Assembly (NCBI GenBank): GCA_023393525.1
Contig: JAEWKZ010000013.1
Location: 8,509-32,508, forward strand
Length of the DNA stretch: 24,000 bases
Reading direction: 5' to 3'
Source: Pseudomonadota bacterium
GTDB taxonomy: Bacteria; Desulfobacterota; Desulfovibrionia; Desulfovibrionales; Desulfomicrobiaceae
The notes under the pieces are model-generated. The model had not been told where the DNA came from and did no database searches. It saw nothing but the letters and a program-made list of their open reading frames with translations. Shown piece after piece: positions 1 through 7,210 of this stretch; position 1 is the first letter of the stretch, and each line of letters begins with the position of its first letter. The translations under genes and the position numbers were made by a program.

Positions 1-152
1 AGATCGAGCAGCTTTCACAAAAGGCCACCATCTCCTATCACCGATGCAGATGGCCCAAGTCCCAGCTTCTTGAGGAGCAGACCGAGCAGGATGTGGAAAT
101 CCAGGTCGCCGCCGAGCTGGTGGAAACCATCAACAAAAGCTCACGCAAGTAG
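1..152 (+). CDS. 3' end of an unidentified protein-coding gene (5' part outside the window)
   Basis: Frame 3 is open from the window edge to TAG at 150-152. It has strong G/C third-position bias like the other genes here, and a hairpin+T8 terminator follows about 20 nt later. The 49 residues (IEQLSQKATISYHRCRW...VETINKSSRK) give me no family assignment. Confidence 0.4.
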   Translation, partial: IEQLSQKATISYHRCRWPKSQLLEEQTEQDVEIQVAAELVETINKSSRK

Positions 153-171
153 CGCCTGCCTCCTCTCTCGC

Positions 172-198
172 AAAAGCCGCGTCAAGCGGCTTTTTTTT
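172..198 (+). terminator. Rho-independent terminator
   Basis: GCCGC (176-180) pairs with GCGGC (186-190) across a 5-nt loop. The stem is extended by A:T pairs and followed by T8 (191-198). Confidence 0.65.
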
Positions 199-408
199 GG
201 CCCCGCCTCCTCCTAAAGTCAAATCCCGGCTCCCTGCGCTTGTTCTCATGAAAACCCTTCGCGCCCCCTCGCCTGCTCCGAACATGCATCCGCGAGTACG
301 GCTTTTGTCGGGACATGATCATGACGCCTGTACGATACGACGCGTCTGGCTTGCGATACATTTTTTCGTATATTCAATATATTAGATAGAAATAAAATTT
401 TAGGGCCC

Positions 409-442
409 TTGATTTACTTATAAAAAATACGTATTTTTTATA
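409..442 (+). promoter_or_regulatory. Candidate sigma-70 promoter (TTGATT-N17-TATTTT) overlapped by a 24-bp perfect palindrome, a candidate operator
   Basis: TTGATT lies at 409-414 and TATTTT at 432-437, with a 17-nt spacer. TATAAAAAATAC/GTATTTTTTATA at 419-442 is perfectly self-complementary (checked base by base). All of this sits in a roughly 160-bp AT-rich island upstream of the response-regulator gene. Confidence 0.35.
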
Positions 443-675
443 GACAAAAATACTGTTTAATCTCCGTTAAAAAGATGCATAAAACTATTTATTAGCCCCT
501 ATAAATTGCAAGGACAATGGGCGGGTTAATGAATCTGGGCAGTTGGAGCGACAACTGGCGTGCCATCGGTCTTCGTTTCCCGACTGACGACCAGACGCGC
601 ACAGTTCCAGACCATCGACCGCAGCCACTTTCCATACCCGTGTTTTGTCCAGGCACAAACAAAGAGTACACGCCC

Positions 676-1338
676 ATGACCAAAAAAAAGATTTTGCTGG
701 TCGAAGACGACCATCTGCTCCGCATGGGTCTCAAATCCATGATCGACATGCACGGCAAGTACGAGGTCGATGACGACGTCGCCACCGGAAAGGACGCGGT
801 GCGTTCATTTCGCATGAAAAAGCAGGACATAGTGCTGCTCGACCTGCGCCTGCCGGACATGCCGGGAACGGAAGTGCTCCGCAAAATCAGGGAAATCGAG
901 CCGACGGCCAAGGTCGTGGTGCTCACGGCCAGCGACGACAACGACTTCATCTACGAAGCGCTGGAGCATGGCGCCAACGCCTATGTCCTCAAAGGATCAA
1001 ATCCCGACGAACTCTTCCTGGCCATGGCCTACGCCATGGATGACGATCTGTTCATCAGTCCCCATCTGGCCCGGATCATCGTCAAGGACTATCTCCTGGT
1101 GAACCGGCAACGCAAGGCGCTGCCGCCCATGCAGAGCCTGACCGCGCGCGAGAAGGAGATCGTGCGGCTGATCATCGACGGCAAAAAAAGCAAGCAGATC
1201 GCCGAATCGCTCTTTATCAGCATCAAGACGGTGGACAAGCACCGTTCCAATATTCTCGGCAAACTGGGCATCAACAGCTGCAACGAGCTGCGCCACGGAA
1301 GCCTATTCCTGCCCGAGGAAGATGACGCCAAACAGTGA
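676..1338 (+). CDS. NarL/FixJ (LuxR-type HTH) response regulator
   Basis: The receiver signature is intact: LLVEDD, the phospho-acceptor context VLLDLRLPD, VVLTAS and YVLKG. The C-terminal LuxR HTH reads LTAREKEIVRLIIDGKKSKQIAESLFISIKTVDKHRSNILGKLGI. I place the start at ATG 676 (MTKKKILLVEDD) rather than 517, because the 53-aa upstream extension has no receiver homology. Confidence 0.85.
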   Translation: MTKKKILLVEDDHLLRMGLKSMIDMHGKYEVDDDVATGKDAVRSFRMKKQDIVLLDLRLPDMPGTEVLRKIREIEPTAKVVVLTASDDNDFIYEALEHGANAYVLKGSNPDELFLAMAYAMDDDLFISPHLARIIVKDYLLVNRQRKALPPMQSLTAREKEIVRLIIDGKKSKQIAESLFISIKTVDKHRSNILGKLGINSCNELRHGSLFLPEEDDAKQ

Positions 1339-1394
1339 GGCGCAAGCCGCTTGGGCGACCAATAACGGTCGTCGAATATAAAAAGGGATGACGG

Positions 1395-2168
1395 ATGCAA
1401 AAAAAGTATCGTGCGTGTGAAGGAAAAACAGTTCTGGTTGTCGATGACGACGAGATATGCCGCTGCGTGACCGGGGAAATCCTGGGCAACCTGGGACTGC
1501 GCGTTCATCTTGCCCCCGACGCCGAGCACGCCGTCACCCTGGCCAAACACCACGCCTACGATCTCATCATGCTCGACATGCACATGCCGGACATGAACGG
1601 GGAGCAGCTCGCGGAAGAAATCCTGGAATTCGACAACGTCATGAAAGAAGCGGTGTTCCTGCTCACAGGCGAGGAGGACATCGCGGAAGTGAAGACGACG
1701 GCGCAAGGATTGAAATTGGGCGTTCTGCGCAAGCCGCTTGAAGGAGCTTGGGTCGAATCGTATTTTTCCAGGCAGACTGCGACCGAAGACGAGGCGGTCT
1801 ACGCAGGGCCCCGAATCGAAGGATTCGACACCAGCCGCGCCATCAAAAACTTCATGGGCTACGAATCCGCTTTTTTCAACATTTTGCGGGAATTCCCCGA
1901 TTACGGGGCGAAGTTCATCGCCGAATACGCCTCGTACCTGAGAACAAAAAATTTCAAGGAGTGCCAGCGGCTCGCACACAGCATCAAGGGGTCGTCACTG
2001 ATGATCGGGGCCGGGGAAATCAACAAACTGGCCAAGGAACTCGAATCGACCTGTCATTCCTCAACCGACATGCGTCAGATAGAAGCCTCGTTCAGAAAAA
2101 TCGAAGAAAAAATTCTTCAGGCGTCGGAAAGCGTCAAAAAGCATTTCAAGCAGCACCACGATCAATGA
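1395..2168 (+). CDS. Receiver (Rec) plus histidine phosphotransfer (Hpt) fusion protein
   Basis: The N-terminal receiver shows VLVVDDD, LIMLDMHMPD, FLLTGE and LRKPL. The C-terminal Hpt motif is HSIKGSSLMIGAGEI, with His195 at 1977-1979. Confidence 0.8.
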   Translation: MQKKYRACEGKTVLVVDDDEICRCVTGEILGNLGLRVHLAPDAEHAVTLAKHHAYDLIMLDMHMPDMNGEQLAEEILEFDNVMKEAVFLLTGEEDIAEVKTTAQGLKLGVLRKPLEGAWVESYFSRQTATEDEAVYAGPRIEGFDTSRAIKNFMGYESAFFNILREFPDYGAKFIAEYASYLRTKNFKECQRLAHSIKGSSLMIGAGEINKLAKELESTCHSSTDMRQIEASFRKIEEKILQASESVKKHFKQHHDQ

Positions 2169-2250
2169 CCGACGGGCCTTGAAACCAAGCCCCTCCAGCC
2201 CAAGGCCGCCCGCAGGCGTTGCCTTTGCAGCCTGTGTCCGCGCGTTGCGC

Positions 2251-4563
2251 CTATCCGAGCGAAAAAAGACGCACCCCGGCGGGATGGTCCTCCAGCCTAA
2301 GTCCCATGGCGGCCAATTCCGCACGCAGAGCGTCGGCCAAGGCGTAATTCTTGGCTTGGCGCGCCTCGTCGCGGCGGGCGACAAGGTCGCAAGCCTCCCG
2401 GGGCCATTGCCGCCTGGTCAGAGGCAGGCGCGAATGTTCGAGAAAACCGAGCACGCGGTCGCAACACAGCAGCTGTTCGGCCACCAGGGCGGCTTCGGGG
2501 GCGCTCATTTTGCCCGCGCGGCTGTTGACGCTTTTGGCGAAGGCGAAAAGGACCGGCCAGAAATGGGCCAGATCGAGATTGTCATCCAGAGCCGAGGCGA
2601 AGGCGGTCTTCAGGTCGTAATTGGCCTGCTCCAGTTCCGGGCTCATGCCCGTCCCCTCGCCGCCCAGGGAGGCGGAAACGTAGGCATCCTGAAGCCGATT
2701 CTGATTCTTTACCCACATGACCAGACTTTCCGACGAAAAGGCCAGGGACTTCATGTAGGAAGCGGACAAGAACCACAGGCGCAAGGCCGCTCCCGCACCC
2801 GCGATCTCCAGGGCCTCGGACAGGGAAGGCACGGTCTCGCCCTGTTCGCGCGGGGTCACGGGCTGGGACACCATCCAGGCCAGAGGGCGGACTCCGGCCC
2901 CTGCGCTCCAGATGGCGCCGAAATTATCCAGATGCGGAAAGCGGTGCGACTCCCCCGCCATCATGACCGACACCGAGCCCAGGGCATCCAGGGCCGTGGC
3001 CGCCAGTTGCAGAAACCAGCTCGGGCGCACCTTGCCCCATTCGGTCTCAAGCACATCGCCCAGCTTCAAGTCCTGTAGCGTCGCCCTTTTCAGCAAGGTG
3101 AAATCGGCGGGATTTTCCTTGGCATAGTCGGCCAGATCCACGGTATAGCCCAGATTCATGCCCGCCGTGTCCACGCAGGAGATCCGCCCGTAGGTCTTGT
3201 CGCGGGCCACGTCGAAATAAACGGACCGCAGCTTTTCGTAGGCCTGCCCCTTGGCCAGCAGCTTGCGAGCGAGATCCAGGGCCCGATCCTGACTGGCTCC
3301 GGCCAGAGGGAAAAGCACGGTGTCGGAAACGCCAAGCCTCCCGGCCTGGGCCAGCATGAACTCCCTCGCCCGCGCCCCGAAGTCCCGCAACCCGATCTTG
3401 GCTTCGCGGGCGGCGGCCAGGGCGCGGTCGTCCATGTCGGCCAGGCCCACGGCCATGCGGACCTTCTGCCCGCGCTCGGTCAGCGCCCTGCCCAGAACAT
3501 CGAGCCAGACGATGCGCCGCCACACGTCCAGCTCGCCAAGATCGTCCAGGCTCGGACCGGGCGTGAACAGCGCGTGCCCGCCGGCGGGGCTGCCCAGGCA
3601 TTCGACGCAATCACCGGCCACGTTGCGCACGCCCAGTCCATGCCGGGCCTGGGGCGAAAAGAGCGTGGTCGAAAGATAGCGCTCACCCGTGTCGGGACAG
3701 ATGAACACAATGAGCCCCTCTTCCCCGGCTTCATCCAGCTCCCGTGCGACGCGCAAGGCGCCGGCCAGCGCCGCTCCGGCGCTCATTCCCGATAGAATCC
3801 CCTCTTCCCGGGCCAAGCGGCGCGAACAATCGAAGGCCTCCTCGTCCTCGACATGGATGATCCGGTCCAGGGCGCGCTTGTCATAGATGCCTGGAGGATA
3901 GGACTCCTGCATGTTCTTGAGGCCCTGGATCTTGTGCCCGGCATAGGGCTCCACTGCCACGACACGGATGCCGGGGGCCGATTCCTTCATGCGCTTGGCG
4001 ATGCCCATGGCCGTGCCCGAGGTGCCGAGGCTCACGACAACATGGGTGGCCCGGCCCTCGGTCTGCTCAATGATCTCGCGGCCCGTGCCCATGTAGTGTG
4101 CGGCAATGCTGGCCGGGTTGTTGAACTGGTCCATGAGCACGTAGGTCTGCGACTCTTCGCGGGCCAGGCGGTAGGCTTCCTCGATGGCGCCGTCCGTGCC
4201 GAGCCGCCCCGGAGTGAGCCGCAGCTCCGCGCCGAAGGCGCGCATGATGCGCTTGCGTTCCTCGGAGGCCGAATCGGGCATGAGCAGGGTCAATTTGTAG
4301 CCCTTGACCGCGCAGACCATGGCCAAACCCACGCCGGTGTTGCCGCTGGTGGCCTCGATGACGGTCTTGTCCGGCGTCAATTCGCCGGAAGCCTCGGCCG
4401 CCTCGATCATGGCCAGGGCCACGCGATCCTTGATGGACCCGCCAACATTCTGGGCTTCGAGCTTGGTCGCCAGGCGGATGCGCGGATGCGGAAAGACGCG
4501 GTTCAGATAGACAACGGGAGTGGCCCCGATAAGGGAGAGAATGGTCGGATGGATCATGGACAT
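2251..4563 (-). CDS. Fusion protein: PLP-dependent cysteine synthase (CysK/CysM family) N-terminal domain plus degenerate cysteinyl-tRNA synthetase-like C-terminal module
   Basis: Residues 1-300 carry LIGATPVV, the PLP-lysine motif GGSIKDR, the TSGNTG loop and GTSGT. Residues about 330-770 are collinear with class-I CysRS as I recall it: WG..RP.W, FPH..N, RLWFLSASY...SSESL, FASALDDNLDLAHFWPVLF and the C-terminal ARQAKNYALADALRAEL..GLRLED. It is a single uninterrupted ORF. ATG 4557 is an alternative start. Confidence 0.85.
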   Translation of the reverse strand: MSMIHPTILSLIGATPVVYLNRVFPHPRIRLATKLEAQNVGGSIKDRVALAMIEAAEASGELTPDKTVIEATSGNTGVGLAMVCAVKGYKLTLLMPDSASEERKRIMRAFGAELRLTPGRLGTDGAIEEAYRLAREESQTYVLMDQFNNPASIAAHYMGTGREIIEQTEGRATHVVVSLGTSGTAMGIAKRMKESAPGIRVVAVEPYAGHKIQGLKNMQESYPPGIYDKRALDRIIHVEDEEAFDCSRRLAREEGILSGMSAGAALAGALRVARELDEAGEEGLIVFICPDTGERYLSTTLFSPQARHGLGVRNVAGDCVECLGSPAGGHALFTPGPSLDDLGELDVWRRIVWLDVLGRALTERGQKVRMAVGLADMDDRALAAAREAKIGLRDFGARAREFMLAQAGRLGVSDTVLFPLAGASQDRALDLARKLLAKGQAYEKLRSVYFDVARDKTYGRISCVDTAGMNLGYTVDLADYAKENPADFTLLKRATLQDLKLGDVLETEWGKVRPSWFLQLAATALDALGSVSVMMAGESHRFPHLDNFGAIWSAGAGVRPLAWMVSQPVTPREQGETVPSLSEALEIAGAGAALRLWFLSASYMKSLAFSSESLVMWVKNQNRLQDAYVSASLGGEGTGMSPELEQANYDLKTAFASALDDNLDLAHFWPVLFAFAKSVNSRAGKMSAPEAALVAEQLLCCDRVLGFLEHSRLPLTRRQWPREACDLVARRDEARQAKNYALADALRAELAAMGLRLEDHPAGVRLFSLG

Positions 4564-4754
4564 AACCCTGCTGATGGATTGGACGGAAGGGCGTAAACCT
4601 AGGGCAAAACCCGGTTCCGGGCAAGAGGCGGTTCGCCGCCTGGGGCGTAATCCCCCTGCTCTTTGCTGACTGGTTACAGACTCATCTCAGGGGTCGCATC
4701 TTGAATCTTGAATTTGTTTCATCTCGACCCCTTTCTTCATCCTCCGAAACCCAG

Positions 4755-4786
4755 CAAAAAAGGCCACCCGTTGCCGGGCGGCCTTT
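4755..4786 (-). terminator. Rho-independent terminator downstream of the HdrD-like gene
   Basis: On the minus strand, AGGCCGCCCG/CGGGTGGCCT forms a 10-bp stem with one mismatch and a 5-nt loop, followed by T6 (the complement of the A-run at 4756-4761). Confidence 0.6.
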
Positions 4787-4824
4787 GAAGTTGTTTGAAA
4801 AACAGCTCAAAGACTGAAAACAGG

Positions 4825-6135
4825 CTATTCTTCCATCGGCTCCAGCCCCAGCCGCTCCCACTGCTCCCGCGCCTCGGCCTGGGCCGTGGCGACGCGCTCG
4901 GCCTCCCACGGTTCGATGACCAGGGCCTCGGCCACCAGCTGCCAGATGTATTTCACCTCGTAGGTACAGTCGGGGTAGAATTTGGGGATGCGGCGCATGA
5001 TCTGGTCGCGGCAGTTGGAGCAGCCCACGACCACCACGTCCGCGCCCGAATCCTTGATCTGCCGGTATTTGTAGCGCGCGTGCCAGGCCGACTGCTCCTC
5101 GAAGGGCATGGGCCACATGCCGCCGCCCGCGCCGCAGCAGAAATTCTTCTCCCGCGTCGGGGTCAGTTCCACGAAGTCGTCCACGCAGGCCGCCACGATC
5201 TCGCGCGGCTCGTCGAAAAAGCCCTTGCCGTAATGCGCGGCCAGCTCGCGTCCGTGTTTGCACGAATCGTGAAAGGTGAAGCGCTTGCCCTTGTGCACGC
5301 TTTTGTCCAGGCGGATGCGCCCCTGGCGGATGAGATCCAGCAAATAATCGTAGAGATAGACATGCCCCACGGCATTGTCCGGATTCTCCGCCGCCAGCGC
5401 ACTCATGCCCTTGCGGCAGCCATAGGACCCGCCGCCGCAATCCGGCATGATCATGGTCTTTATGGCGTTTGAGCGCATGTATTCGATCTTGCGCCGCGCG
5501 AGTTCCCTGTTTCCTTCGTAGTTGCCGGTGAAGAGCGCCCAGTCCACGGCCTCCCAGCCTTCCGACGGCACGGTCCAGTTCTCGCGGGCGGCATAGAAGA
5601 TCTTCCACCACCAGAACTGGTCCTCGAAATCGCCGTACACTTCCTTGGAATTGGGAAAAAAGAGGATGTCCGCGCCCGCCCGGTCCACCGGCACGTAAAA
5701 GCCGGGGCATTCCTCGGCCAGGTCCGCGCCCAGATCGCGCATGCCTTCGAGGTACTCCTCGCGGCTGATGGCCAGATTGTTGCCCGTGGCCAGATTGTTG
5801 GCCATGCCCTTGTGCAGGGAGCCGGGCACCGCCTCGCGCGGGCGCAGGCTCTTCATGTGGCCCATGACGGAGGGGATGTCGATGCCCGCCGGGCAGACCC
5901 CGGCGCAGCGTCCGCAGCCCGTGCACAGCCAGGGAAAATCCGACGCCACGACCTCGTCAACCAGGCCGTTGGCCAGCATGCGCATGACCTTGCGCGTATC
6001 CCACCCGCCCATGCCGGGCGTGCCCGTGACCGGGCAGCCATTGGCGCATGATCCGCAGACCATGCAGGATGAAAAATCGAAGCGCTCCAGAAAGGAGCGC
6101 AGATCCGTACTCATAAATGATGACGAGATACTCAT
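4825..6135 (-). CDS. HdrD/DsrK/GlpC-like iron-sulfur oxidoreductase (two 4Fe-4S ferredoxin motifs plus CCG cysteine-rich domains)
   Basis: Two CxxCxxCxxxCP motifs are present (CMVCGSCANGCP, CTGCGRCAGVCP). CCG-type motifs follow: PDCGGGSYGC, HDSC, FCCGAGGG and GCSNC. An AAGGA RBS lies 7 nt upstream of ATG 6135. Confidence 0.8.
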   Translation of the reverse strand: MSISSSFMSTDLRSFLERFDFSSCMVCGSCANGCPVTGTPGMGGWDTRKVMRMLANGLVDEVVASDFPWLCTGCGRCAGVCPAGIDIPSVMGHMKSLRPREAVPGSLHKGMANNLATGNNLAISREEYLEGMRDLGADLAEECPGFYVPVDRAGADILFFPNSKEVYGDFEDQFWWWKIFYAARENWTVPSEGWEAVDWALFTGNYEGNRELARRKIEYMRSNAIKTMIMPDCGGGSYGCRKGMSALAAENPDNAVGHVYLYDYLLDLIRQGRIRLDKSVHKGKRFTFHDSCKHGRELAAHYGKGFFDEPREIVAACVDDFVELTPTREKNFCCGAGGGMWPMPFEEQSAWHARYKYRQIKDSGADVVVVGCSNCRDQIMRRIPKFYPDCTYEVKYIWQLVAEALVIEPWEAERVATAQAEAREQWERLGLEPMEE

Positions 6136-6418
6136 AGCTATCCTTGCCCGACACTGACCATCACATCCAGGCTTAAAAAGTATCTTTCAGCAATATTCAC
6201 AAGTCAACAAATTATGTTCGTTTTCGAAAATCTGAATGCCTCACGAGGCTCCGAACCTGGCTCCAGGCTCGTGCAACGCTCAAGATGCGCGCAACTCATT
6301 ATTCAAAAACGAAATGCATATTAATCAGTACACACGGACTCCGCGCTCTTGAATTCATAACGATTTCAATCTATACGCACTTTTGACAATGTCCCACCTT
6401 CATCACCCAGGATTATTC

Positions 6419-7204
6419 ATGCGTATCGGACTTGCCACCGCACCCGTTCCCGAGACTCTGGAGCATTCGCTCAGCCACATTTTCGACTTCATGGATCAGG
6501 CCGCCCCGTTCGACGTGGATCTGATCTGCTTTCCCGAAGCCTATCTGCCCGGAATGCGCGGACAGGGCTTTTCCATCCCCCTGTGCGAACAGGCGGAGCT
6601 TCGCGCCGCCCTCTCGCGAGTCTGCGAAGCGGCTGCCGACCACCACATGGGAGTCATCCTGCCCATGGAATGGCCTTCGGAGCAGGGGCGCTACAATCTG
6701 GTGCAGGTCATTTCGCCCGAAGGAAAGATCCTGGGACGGCAATGCAAAACCCAGCTCGATCCGGAAGAGGACGGGCTCTACATCCCCGGACGGGGGCGAC
6801 AGATTTTCGAGGTCGGCGGAGTCAAGTTCGGGGTGTCGATCTGCCACGAGGGGTGGCGCTACCCGGAAACGGTGCGTTGGGCCGCCTGCCGGGGCGCGCA
6901 GATCGTCTTTCATCCGCAGTGCACGGGCAGCAACGCGTCGGAACGTTCGGCGCACGAATGGGGCGATCCCGACGGCCCGTATTACGAAAAAGCCATGGTC
7001 TGCCGCAGCGTCGAGAACGGCATTTTCTTCGCCAGCGTGAATTACGCCCTGAGCTGCCAGTATTCCGCAACCAGCCTGGTCGCGCCCGACGGATCGTGTC
7101 TGGCCCACCAGCCCTATGGGCAGCCCGGACTTTTGGTGCAACAATTGGAGCTGGAGCTGGCTTCCGGCCTACCGGCCAGACGCTTTGCGCCGGACCGCTA
7201 CTGA
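6419..7204 (+). CDS. Carbon-nitrogen hydrolase (nitrilase superfamily)
   Basis: Glu-Lys-Cys triad contexts are present: FPEAYLPG, KTQLDPEE and SICHEGWRYPE. I place the start at ATG 6419 (MRIGLA, AGGA 7 nt upstream). The TTG at 6383 is less likely. Confidence 0.8.
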   Translation: MRIGLATAPVPETLEHSLSHIFDFMDQAAPFDVDLICFPEAYLPGMRGQGFSIPLCEQAELRAALSRVCEAAADHHMGVILPMEWPSEQGRYNLVQVISPEGKILGRQCKTQLDPEEDGLYIPGRGRQIFEVGGVKFGVSICHEGWRYPETVRWAACRGAQIVFHPQCTGSNASERSAHEWGDPDGPYYEKAMVCRSVENGIFFASVNYALSCQYSATSLVAPDGSCLAHQPYGQPGLLVQQLELELASGLPARRFAPDRY

Positions 7205-7210
7205 AACGCT

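Noticed and set aside
197-385. 62-aa plus-strand ORF (MAPPPPKVKSRLP...), and a 57-aa basic minus-strand ORF (about 186-366) in the GC-rich spacer after the first terminator
   Set aside because: Neither has a convincing RBS. Composition is Pro/Arg-rich with many rare AGG/CGA codons, I recognise no motif, and the minus-strand ORF ends inside the terminator hairpin. I treat the stretch as non-coding spacer, though a degraded gene remnant cannot be excluded.
551-565. Minus-strand sigma-54-like element TGGCAC-GCCAG-TTGT
   Set aside because: It points away from every credible gene, toward the AT-rich island and the first terminator. The -12 element is imperfect, and such 10-of-12-type matches occur by chance in GC-rich DNA. 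It would only become interesting if transcriptomics showed a leftward RNA starting near 540.
517-675. 53-codon N-terminal extension of the LuxR-type regulator ORF
   Set aside because: The extension (MGGLMNLGSWSDNWRAIGLRFPTDD...) has no receiver-domain similarity, and the ATG at 517 has its AAGGA only 2 nt away. The receiver domain begins right after ATG 676.
2174-2193. GGGCCTTG-AAAC-CAAGCCCC hairpin between the convergent Rec-Hpt and CysK-fusion genes
   Set aside because: The stem is imperfect and has no flanking T/A runs on either strand, so I could not support a terminator call.
4698-4713. Tandem ATCTTGA ATCTTGA AT repeat considered as a microsatellite or repeat element
   Set aside because: There are only two copies of a 7-mer, too short to call a repeat family. 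I kept it only as part of the upstream-region observation.
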